This document shows positions 49,801 to 62,300 of a stretch of 64,000 bases of DNA, one piece after another. Source of the stretch: Octopus bimaculoides (taxonomy: Eukaryota); contig NC_068990.1 of the NCBI RefSeq assembly GCF_001194135.2, positions 92,800,262-92,864,261 on the forward strand. Direction: 5' to 3'. The notes below the pieces were generated by a model, which ran no database searches, was not told the DNA's origin, and saw nothing but the letters and a program-made list of their open reading frames with translations. A program made the position numbers and the translations under genes. Within the stretch, counting starts at the first letter, position 1; each line of letters opens with the position of its first letter.

Positions 49801-52800
49801 ACAGAATGCTTTAAAGAAAGAAAGAGAACTGTAAGAAAAATTTGCTTCAAGAAATTCTGTTTGACCCATGACCAGAGAGAAAAGTGGAAGTGAAATGATG
49901 ATGACAGAAATATTTGTGTAGATGAGAATATAGATAATACAACATAGGTTTACCTTTGTCAGAATTTCTTTTATAATTTTAATTGTACATAAACACAGGT
50001 CAAATGTTGATTTGAAGTGTTTGTCAAGTTCTTGATAGAGGAATGAGAACATTTCTAACATAAAGCACAGGAAGCAAGCTCTGCGAGGAGACTGGTTTGG
50101 CAAAGAATCTAGAAACATATTGAACTGGAAGAGACAAATATAGAATTAGAAAACATTTAGGTAGAATTTGAAAAATTGCTAACAAATCAAAATATGAAAT
50201 CTCAAAGATTTATAAGGAAATACCGAAATATTTTCAACACTCATTTTACTCTATTTCAAAATCTACAGAAAAACATAAATCTGAAGCTGAAGTGGTCAAG
50301 TTAAGAAGTTTGCTTCCCAGCCACATGGTTTCAGGTTCAGTCTCAGTGCATGACACTTTGGACAAGTGTCTGCTACTATAACCTCAGGTTGAACAAAGCC
50401 ATGTGAGTGGACATAGTAGAAAGAAACTGAAAGAAGCTCTTCATTAACTGTACATACATTAAATAGTTTATGAGTTAGCTTTGACCACCAGCAACATGTC
50501 CTGTACTGCTGTTGTGGTCAGATCAGCTCAACCACAACTGGCTCAAGATGGTGCATGTGCCTGTGTGAGACAGCAACTTTTATAAAGAGCAGCATGTCTT
50601 GCATCTAAGCCACCACATCACTGACAGCCATTACTGTACACCAGAAAGTCAAACACTCCCCCCACCACATCATATCTCAACCCCTCCACCATATGCACAC
50701 ACACACACTCCCCTACCATTATATAACAGAAGGCAACTTCCAGTCTGTTAGAAACAGAAGCTAAATCTTTCTCAACTCGCACCCTGTTGTTTTACAAAAG
50801 AAAGAACATGCTGAACAATGTAAAGATGTGATGGTCATGGATAGAACGTCTTTGATCAGAAGTGACCAGGAGTTAGACAACAATTAACTGACACAAACAA
50901 TACTTACAGTGCTCAGTGCTTTATGAGCAGGAACATCCAATATTCTCCGTGATATGATTTCAATGAGAAATTGTCTTGGATTGCCAGACACTAGAATTTC
51001 AGGAAAATAAAAGGTTTTATGTAGAATGTACACCATGAAAAATGGAAGAAGAGAAAAATAAGGGGAAAGAGAATGTTTAGTATGTATGTGTGTGTGTGTG
51101 TGTGTGTGTGTACACACACAGAAGTACGGTTGTGCTGTGAAGAAGTCTCCTTTCAGACTGTGTGGGTTTGGGCACTGTTCCATTGTGTAGCACCTTGGGC
51201 AAGTGTTTTCTTCTACAGACCTAGTTTGACCAAATCTTGTGAATGGATTTGGTAAATAGAAACAAATATGGAAGCGAGTGTGTGTGTGTGTGTTTATGCA
51301 TATCTGAGAAATTGTCTGAATTGTTGGAAACTGATAAAACAGGAAGATTATCATCCCAAAGGTGATACAATAAGGTGTGTGAGTGTGTGTTGCAGATGGA
51401 GTGAATATGCCTGCGAGAGAACAGACAATGCAATTAATTAATCACATCTATAAACATTGACATTCCTTTAAAGACAAAAATTTTACACTTACATTCTTTG
51501 GGGAAAGAATTCTCAGCAGCAAAAGGACTAGAAATAATAATTTTGAAGAGACTCTCGTCAACAGTGGTCATGTGTAAGATGTATGGTGCCAGTATGGCGA
51601 TTATCTCTGGATAGAGATCCACATTGTTACAGAGGAGTAAAATCTTGATAGCAGGGATCTTAAGGGAATTCCTACAAAATAACAAATAAGAATTATTTCA
51701 GCAAACATTACAGAAGGAAGCAAAGTTAGCTTAAAGCCTTCCCAATTTCTGCAGCTTTTATTTCTCAAGATTACAAGTCACACATTTTATACGATTCAAT
51801 GCAAAATACTAACATACCAGTGGTACTCAGTTTTCATACTAAAGCTTGTTATGGAGCATACTGAAAGATTTTAGCTGTCACTAGGTAAATTAAATGAATT
51901 TACCAGCAAGGGTGTGGGGGTTAAGAAGCTTACTTTGCAACCAGATGGTTCTGGGTTCAATCCCACTTAAGTAAGTGTCATCTATAACAATACCTTGTGA
52001 TTGAATTTTGTAGCTGGAAACTGTGAGGAAGCTTATTGTATTTATATACATGTGTGTGTATGTGTTTGTTCTCACCACCACCACTCGACATCTGGTGTTG
52101 GTTTGTTTAGTCCCTGTAACTTAACATTTCAGCAAAAGAGAATGTTAGACTATGTACCAGACGCCAAAATAAGTCCTGGGGTCAATTTGTTTGACTAATT
52201 TGTCGAGGTGGTGCCCCAGCATGGCCAGTCTCATGACTGGAACCAGCAGAAGAAGAGGAAAAGAACAAAGACAAAATAGATGATTACTGATAAAATCATA
52301 AAAATAGCTGAAACAGCCTCCTCCAGTCAGTTGTGTTTTTTATGTCCTCAACAAAATTCTACGACAGATGTTTCCATCTCTTCTATGCTTTTGGTAAATT
52401 CATTTAATTTCTAACCACATTGATGGCTAATATAATGTAACATCGAAACCTATGTTTTACAGAAAAAAAGGGTATTTTTCAGCATTAACAATTTTCAAAA
52501 GTAGAAGCTAGGAGGTATTTCTGAATAAGTAAGCTCTCTAAGATGAGATCTTCTTGGCATTTTGATGCCTACTTAAATATTAATCTAAATTACATTTGTA
52601 AGGAAGATTTGTCACAGCTGTATATTTATCCAGTTACGGTTGTATCTGTGCTTCTATCATTTGTACCTACCCTTTGGTCTAACTTGTGATTTACAAACAA
52701 ATATCTACAATAGTCAAATGTGTCGCTTTAGACATACAGCAACCAGATACACGTAGTGACCACAGACAGACAGACAGTACTTTATTACAACAACAACACA

Positions 52801-54435
52801 AATTGTGACCTACCACTCTGATTCAGTGTCCGTCTTGAGAAGAATGTTTTTAATAGCTTCAATCAGTGATTTACCATCTAACAATTGCCAGAGTCTCTGA
52901 AAGAAAACCAAAATGAATATACATTATACAGAACACATAACTGGTTACCAGGCTGATATGTAGTTACCTCATATCCTTGGTGATGGTCACCTCAATGACA
53001 CCATGATGTTAAAGTCTCTCTCCACCTCACCTTAATCAATTAAAAGATCACAACCGTCTACACTTACATGCTTCAATTCAGTCACTGCCTCCACCACTTT
53101 TGGTACATCATCAGCAAGACGCAGCAACAAAGCTTGTTCATAGAAACTGGTGTCATCAGCCTGGAACAAACAAGAAATTCACAGATGAATGCATACAGAA
53201 TGGATGATGAGAGACAAAATGGATTAATGAACTGATTAGGAAACACTGTAATAGATGTTATGTATCTCTCTTTTTTTCTTTGTGTGTATAAGGGTGGGGG
53301 ATGAAACTAAGTTTGCATCCCAACCACATGATTTCAGGTTAAACTGACAGAAGCCCAGTGTGCGTGTGTAATTATAAATATATATATTTATAATTACACA
53401 TTTTCTTTTGTCTTGCAAGTACTTGGTGACCCTGTCAGTGCTGGTGCCACTTAAAAGCACTCAGTCCACACTGTAAAGTGGTTGGTGTTAGGAAGGGCAT
53501 CCAGCTGTAAAACCTTGCCAAAACAAGAACCTGCTCTACCCTCACTTTTCCCTCATACCCCCTTTCATCTAATATAAGCCCCCCCACCAGGTTTTGTTCA
53601 CTCACAAGCCATATAGCGACCCCAATGGTGCCAGTGGCACAAAAATGCACCCTGTACACTGTGTAAAGTGGTTGGCATTAAGCTGTACAAGCCCTGTCAA
53701 AGCAGATACTGGAACACAATGAAGTCTTTGGACCCATGAGATCTTTGTCAAACCAACCAATCCCTGCCTGCATGGAACATGGACACCAAATGATGATGAT
53801 GATGATGATGACTATATATTTACCACATTGACTTTTTCACTCTTGAGAAAAGAGATGGCTTGAATCCGGAATTCTGCTAAAGGATGGTACAGACTAGTTG
53901 TAAGACTTGCTCCAGTTCCGGGTAGAAGTTTATGTTGAGCAGACTCCAATGAATAATTAAGAAGATTAAAGATGATCTTTTTGGATTTTGAGGTTTTGTG
54001 CCTCTCCATGTAACTCTGTACAGCTTCATCCAATGCCACTGCATGTCTGAGAGAAAACAATTAAGAAACTGTTGAGATATTTAGACTGAGTCAACAAATA
54101 CATTAATGTTACTGTATTTTGCAGCATGGTAGAAGCTGCACCGTGAAAGACACACTCTAATTTTGGAAAAGCAATTGTAGAAAAAAAAGTTGTATATATA
54201 CCAAAGCCTTGTCCCCATAATTGGGTGAGTGACTAATGAGCACAATATCTTTCATCAAACAAAATTGATGAGTAAATCAAGAGTGCACAAGTCCACCATT
54301 ACTGCATGAAATCACCAGACAATGGCCAGCCCTCCAGTTGTTTGCTGCTCAGTATTATTGTAGCAGACAACATTATTTCCTCATTTTAACTGTGCTGCGA
54401 TTATTCCTCTGACACAATATGGTGATCATACCACA

Positions 54436-54484
<49 letters not shown>

Positions 54485-57400
54485 GATGGGTTTCTTTCAG
54501 TTTCCACCTAACAAGTTCCCTCAGAAGGCTTTGGCTGGCCCAGAGCTACAGTAGAAGAGACTTGACCAAGGTGCTATGCAGAGGGACTGAACCTGGAACT
54601 ATGCGGTTAGTAAGCAAACTTCTTACCACACAGCCATGCCTGCACCTACATGTGTGTGTGTGTGTAACAGCACACAAAGTGTGGGTCATCAACCTGCATT
54701 AATCACATCCCTGCACTTTGCACATGATGCAGTCTCTCACCATTACTGATCAAATGGTTCAGTAAGGTCCTCAGATCTGCTTATGCACATCAATGATGGT
54801 TTCTCTGATGGCATGGAAAAGATGATCAATCTCCACTGCTTAAAAGAAGTAGAAGTCAGAACAGGTTTTCCATAGGTGAAGGATCATTACCACTTTGTCT
54901 CACCCATGACTGCTCTTCAGTCAACAACCACTTCTTGCTATAACAGTACAATAGTATATATAACCCTCTGCTCAGGATATTATATCTAACAACAATAAAC
55001 AATATATCTAACCTCTACTCACTATGTAGCCTTACAAACAATTCACTGTTTTATGCGAACAAATATTGCTGTCCAACAAACTAGGTAGTTATAGGTTCTA
55101 ATTTTACTGTAGAATTGGGTTTTTTTATATCAAAGTACTTAACAGTTTTCCTCGGTCTGCCTGACTGAGAACATACTTTACTCTAGGTGACATGGAGATG
55201 ATTAAATTTGCAAAACTAAACCAACCTAAGCTAACAGAATAAAGTAAATGCTACATAAATAAACTAAATGTGCACTGGTGCACTAATATGCAAATGAAAA
55301 CGTGTCTTACCTTGCTTCCAATACACGCATGATCTCACAAACGTTGACCTGGAATTGCTCTCTGTGATGACGTTTTATCTCAATGGCATGTTCCACATAG
55401 ACTCTAATGACGCACCTGTAAAGGGAAACAATACTTTAAATTAAAAGAACAACTTATAAAAAGATCAAACAAATAAGAGTTCCAATCATTTCTCTATCAT
55501 TTTAAGGTTTCAAAGAACAAAACTAGTTAACAGCTTCTAAAAATTCATGAAATTTCTTTCATTCAAAGCAAAGCAGTCTCTCTCTTGTCTTGATTCACCC
55601 AGCTTTGCAGCTCAATCTTAGATGGCAATGCCACCACCAACCCATGCACCTTCCAATGATGATAGGTACTAAGTTAATCTAGTTTTGTCTCAAACTAGAT
55701 TAACCTGTTACCTATCAGTGTCAGACCACAGTAATCCATTTACTTCATCTGACCATCAATATTTGGTTGGAACAAAAGTTCATGCTATTTTATAAGTAAA
55801 ATTCAAAAACAAAATTTAGATATTTGTACATATAGGAGCAGGAGTGGCCGTATGGTAAGTAGCTTGCTTCCCAACCACATGGTTCCAGGTTCAGGCCCAC
55901 TGCGTGGCACCTTGGGCAAGTGTCTTCTACTATAACCTCGGGTTGATCAAAGCCTTGTGAGTGGATTTGGTAGATGGAAACTGAAAGAAGCACGTTGTAT
56001 ATATATATATGTATATATTTGTGTTAGTCCCCCCAACATCGCTTGACAACCGATGTTGGTGTGTTTATGTCCCCCATAACTTAGCAGTTCAGCAAAAGAG
56101 ACCGATAGAATAAGTACTAGGCTTACAAAGAATAAGTCCTGGAGTCGATTTGATCAACTAAAAGTGATGCTCCAGCATGGCCACAGTCAAATAAAAGAAT
56201 ACATTTATTCAACCACATATGTCCCATTTTGTTCCACTACCTTTTACCACTTTTGAGGCAGCTTCAAGATTCCATGCTCCTCGAACTTTGTATCTGCCTG
56301 GATCACGAACTAGTCCAAGTGGTTTCTGCAGCCTTCCAAAGAATTGCAGCTCTTCTTAGAAGAATTTTATAAATAATAATCTGAAGGTGCAAGGTTAGGA
56401 GAGCGTGGTGGGTATAAGACATTGCAGCCAAGCAGTATCAATTTCTGCTGAGTCTGCAAGGAAACATGGAGTCAAGTGTTGTCCTGAAGGAAGATGACAC
56501 ACTTCCAATTGGTCAATTCTGGACGTTCAATCGAACTAAATGTGAACAATAAGTGTCTGAATTTAATGTTTGATTTCTGCAGAAATCCCATCAAATATAG
56601 AGGATTACCTTCTGCAGGTACTGACTGACGTTTGGAGAGTAAAGGTGGTTCATTTTGTTGTCTCCAAGACCCTTTCTATTCCACATTGTAAACAATCTAG
56701 TGTTCATCACCTGTGATTGTTCTTTTCAAAAATGGGCTGTTTTTGTTGCATTTCAGCAAAGAATCACAGATGGAAATGTGGTCCATTAAATTACGAGGTC
56801 CTCAAGTACCATAGCAATTCTTGTATCCAAGTATTTTTAAATGTTTTATAACACTAATGAGACTATTACACACACACACACACAAAATGCATGTCAATCA
56901 AAACCACTTCAATAAACACACATATGTACATATATATATATATATACATGCACATGGAACATATACTCACAATGCAACTTCACTGGATGTTGACGAGTTC
57001 AAGGGGAGATAACGCAGGATATCAGTAAGAACACTCTTAAATGGAGTGCTTAGTGCAGAAATACTTCCATCAGAACTTTCTGCAGAACTGGACATTTTAA
57101 GGCAGTTTGATAATGCTTTTGGCACCAAGTTCTGGAATAATGCCATCAGGAAGTTATCAAGTTTGTAATCTTTGCCAATTTTCTCAAGAACTGGTACCAA
57201 TTGCTGATAATTGACCAAATATCTACAAACCCTGAAAGTAAGCACAGTTTCAACATCATTAAATATTATGGATTGGCTGGTTTTAAACAGGAAGATGTCA
57301 AGGGAAAATAACTGTGATAACATAAAAATGCTAGTATTATGTCAAAGGAAGAAAAAAAGGGCAACAAAAGATCATCTCAAAGTTTTATTAGAATCATGTC

Positions 57401-59358
57401 ACTGGAGACTTGAAACTTAAGCCATGCTCTAATGAAGCATACTGGTTTCATTTCTTCCTAATCTTCTCTGAGTTCAAGGTTCATGTCTCATTACCATGCA
57501 AACACAATCTGCCTTTCATTCTAAGGGAACAGAACTTTGTTGTCAGCAGCAGTAGTAGCCCCCTGGACTTCCTCCAACCTACTCTTACTCTCAGAGCAAC
57601 CACCTCCCTTGTTAGTTACCCCACCAAGTAACAAAAACCATCAAGGCGTTCAAGGGAGGCTACTCCTGGTGTTTTAGAATCACATGCTGCCCCAGTGAAT
57701 CTATCATATATGAAGCTTATGACCGTTGCTAGTCTGTTTGTGTCTCCATAATTTACATTGGATACAACATATGAAATTTATATTCCCTACATAACTGTCC
57801 AACCCATGCCAGCAAGGAGAGTGGATGTAAAATGATGATGATGATGAGGCATGTTATGACTAGTGAAGGGTTTGGGAGGGGACACAGTAAGTGCGAAGAT
57901 TAGGATTGTGGGGAGGAGGTATGCAGGTAGCGACTCTGATAAGAAGATCCTATTGATATAGGACCAGAAGGTTCCACAGTAATTTCAGATTCGAAACAAT
58001 GCAGGATGTGGAGTGTACAGTGTAGCCATTGGTGTCTTCTTGGTCATCTTACAGGTAGTGTGGTGGATCATAATGTCTCCCAAGATATTCTAAGTAATGT
58101 TTTTTTTTTGCCTGTGCAGTTGTAGGTTCTGGAATTTGGCAAGGAACATGAAGGGACACATGTAGGACAGTTACTCATCATGTTTTCGATGTATCTATAC
58201 TATTTGATTAGATTGTCATGTACAATAGTACTTATACAGACAATTTACTTAATTAAATCTAAACTTAAACTAAATGCTGAACACTTTAAAAGAAAACATT
58301 TCAATTAATTATTTACATTATTTACATTTGACGGATATTTTTCCTCATCTTGTTTGTTGTTAACAACGTTTCGGCTGATATACCCTCCAGCCTTCTTCAG
58401 GTGTCTTGCGGAAATTTTGGACCTGGGTTCTCATTCCTCAGGTATTTTTCGATGTTATTATTATTATTACACAGGTCATTGCCTGGAATCAAACTCAGAA
58501 TCTTGGGGTTAGTAGCCTGTGCTCTTAACCACTACGCCATATGACAGATATTTGTCCTCATCTTGTTTGTTGTTAACACAACATTTCGGCTGATATACCC
58601 TCCAGCCTTCATATTGGAGAAATTTCGAACCTGGGTTCTCATTCCTAAGGTATTTTTCAATGTTATTATTATTATTATTATAGAACTGTATTTCAATTAA
58701 TTGTTTCAAATTTTAGTGCTGCAATAACATTTAAGATCCTAAAAATTGAGAAACTTAAACTGATTCTAAAAACATTAAATTTTAAATGAAGAGAAAAAAA
58801 AATTCTATACCTTTTTTTCAATCTTCTCAAAGTTTGAGTTTGGAACAATAGTACCAGACAACACATGGCTTCTTCAAAAATGGCCTTTGTCTTCATTGTA
58901 AACTGGAGGAGGAGAACAAGAAGTAACAATTTAAGAGAAGATCTAAAAACTGATTTACAGACATATCTTACTCTGCATATATACACACAAAACCATAAAG
59001 ATGTATTATTTAAATCAGTAAAAAAAGGGTACATATGGCCCCTAGTACTAAGGTGAGATTTGGTGTTAACCTTCTCTCACCCCCTTGTCTTTTCTTGCTG
59101 AATATGAAATTACTAGGATTGGATTCTCAGTCCCTTCGCTCCTGCCTCTTACGCCACGCAGGGAATACCATGACTGCATTCTACCGACCCCAATCCAATA
59201 GTTGCAGGTGGGGTTTGCTAGTTAATCCATAGCTGGGACCCTTACAGGTGCTACCACTCTGGGCCAGAGTAGACCAGGGAGCAATAGTGGATAAGAGGTG
59301 GTTCCACACCCCCAGGGTCCCACTACTGGATGTAGTTTAGAGTCATACCCAGGACTAG

Positions 59359-59391
<33 letters not shown>

Positions 59392-62300
59392 TAAAAGTGG
59401 AAAATTACATTACATAATGCAACAGCAATAAATACATCCTTATACGAGATCATACATATAAATATAATAACATAATCAACAGTTACATTTCAATGCACAT
59501 TCACACATAAGAACATTTATATTACATAATACAGCCAAACATACAATAACTTAACATAGCAAGTACAAGCAGGAGTCTTTAGATAACAGCCAACAAGGCA
59601 TCACACTCAAGTATTTTCATATCAGCCATTGCTTCTTTTCTTTCTTAATTAACCAGGATCTACAATTCTTTTCAATCTGTTAATATGTTTAGTAGTAAAA
59701 ACAATAATTATTTACATTTGACGGATATTTGTCCTCATCTTGTTTGTTGTTAACATGTTTCGGCTGATATATCCTCTAGCCTTCATCAGGTGTCTTGGGG
59801 AAATTTTGAACTTGGGTTCTCATTCCGAAGGTATTTTTCAATGTTATTATTATTATTATTATTAATCATGTCACTGCCTGGAATCTTTGGGTTAGTAGCC
59901 CGTGCTCTTAACCACCTTAGGAATAAAAACCCAGGTTCGAAATTTACCCAACACACCTGATGAAGGCTGGAGGGTATATCAGCCGAAACATTGTGTTAAC
60001 AACAAACAAGATGAGGACAAATATCCATGAAAAGTAAATAATTCCCCATCTCTTAAATATAGAACTGAACAACAATAATGTCCAACATTCCATTTGAAAT
60101 TTGTAAGCTTTCTTGAAATAGCTTCCTTCGATTGGAACTAAGAAAATGGTTATAACAGCAAGAAGATAACAAGGGAGAAAGTAAAAGAGTCAACTTACTT
60201 TAACAATGGTGTAAATCAAAGATTCCAAGATAGGTTGAGTGAGCTTAGAACGGACAAATATTATAGATATGATCATTAAGGAACCGGCTTTGTAGTCAGT
60301 AAAACCTGAACGCAATCCCTCATCAAGGAATGGTAAAACTTGTCCAATAACAGTCTCGGAAATCTCCTTCTGGTCAAGGATACCACAAATGACTTGGGTG
60401 TAGAATGCAAATATATGGCGTAACTGAGGTTCTGAGGATGGTGACTTTGAAAATTCCTGCAGAAGAATATAAATGACTTAGATTTGTGAAATTAATACCA
60501 TAACAATGATTTGTAACATAAGTCAAAGGTTACAGATGGGATAGTGGTGGTGGGGAGGTTAGTTAATTAGATAAACCTTAATGGTTGGTAGCACTTACTG
60601 ACTCCAGCAAGAATTGAACTCAGAATAAATTTCATTCATTTGTATCACATTTGGAATACAACAGCCAATCATTAGTTCAGTGTAGCTCAGCAAGAAATAA
60701 GGGAGTGTCTGTAACTCAGTGCAGAAGAAAATGTAACTTATTTTTTTTGTTTTTATACCAGTGTTTGTTCACCAAAATACATTGCCAAAAGCTAAATACT
60801 GATATAAGTTGATGCTTCTGCCTTTCAGATCCAACTCTAATGATTCTGTCAGCTCACTACTTTAGTAATGGCTTCAGATATAAGCATATATTGTTGTTGT
60901 CACCTCTGTCAACAAATCATCCACTGAGTATCTTTGAAGCTGTGTGGAATAAGGGGACCTTTACTTGAAAAACATGTAAGGGCTAGCGAAAGCAAGAGCA
61001 TCTGGCTGTCAAACAATGCCCAGATAATATATTTGTTTAGCCCATGCTGTCATGGAAAAACAAATGTAAAACTAAATGAAGGACACAGACTTGATGAAGT
61101 AGATCTGAAGAAGTGAAGGTTGTTATTGGTTCTCAAAGAACAACAATAACAACCATCACCTCACCAAACATTGGAATTAACATCAACACATAACTATAAT
61201 CATGTGATCTCAATACAAAACTATTCACATCAGACAAACAGGGAAGGTTGGTTGTTTCTCATTAGACAATCGTTAATTACAACAGCAATAGAGTCTCAGT
61301 ATAGGTATTAGTCTAAAATAAATGCTTAAAGCTAAATGTGAGGATACAGTAGCAACAGGAGAGATACTTTACCTGAACATAGTCAGACACCATATTCTGT
61401 ATAAAAGATAAAAGACTTAGATCACTGAGGCAGTGGTTGATCACAGTCTGACGAGAAAGATGGATGCCATTTTTCTGAAAAATAAAATATTACAGGAAAA
61501 ATATAACAAAAACTATATTCTATGTGTATGTAATCACACACACACACACACACACGTGTGTGAACTAAGACATTTTTCTGTAAATGTTTAGGTGGAATTA
61601 AGAAAGAAATAATGATAAAAAAATACTTACTTGTACACCTGATAACCAACCCCATTTCTTATCATTCTTAGCAAGACTAAAGAGACGCACAACTTGGACA
61701 AACAGTTTATCCTCATGGTAAGGCAGGACAGACAGCAGCAATTCATTGACATTATAATAATTTATGTTGAACCTTGAAGTAAACAAACAGAATATGTTAT
61801 AAAATATTATTACACAGTACAGAAGATATCTAAATCTAATACACTATGATACAGAATGCTATTTCATGGTATGTTTGATAACTAAATCTAACACTAATAT
61901 ATAAAATGTTATTATATAGTTAAGTCTGATGATATCTAACATTATATTAATATCCATTTTCCCATCCTTGCATGGGTCAGACAGAAAACACAGAGGTAGA
62001 TTTTCCATGAGCAGAGGCTCTCCCTGACCCCAACCCTCACCTGTTTCTGCAGAAAGTAATATTTCCCCATGATCAGACATGCTTTCAACAAAGACTGGAA
62101 ATGAATGACACTGCTTGTACAACTATTATGCAATACAAGGGGTTTCCTTTCAGTTTCTACAGTTCAAACATTTTATCACTAGCATTTGTACAATGCAGAG
62201 GACATTTCTGGTTCCAAGTCCAGCTTGCCTCCTGTCTCGGTGGACAATACCAAAGTCTGCAAGCTTGAAGAAACAGGGTCAACAGTGAAGAAGTTCATAT

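Noticed and set aside
51221-51433. Possible extra HEATR1 exon (HSICNTHSHTLLYHLWDD..) with a good acceptor at 51411
   Set aside because: No phase-compatible strong donor; exons 12 and 13 join cleanly without it; the sequence is CA-microsatellite-like.
58475-58541. tRNA gene
   Set aside because: No acceptor stem, decayed B box, and attached to a dispersed repeat body; it is a SINE-type head.
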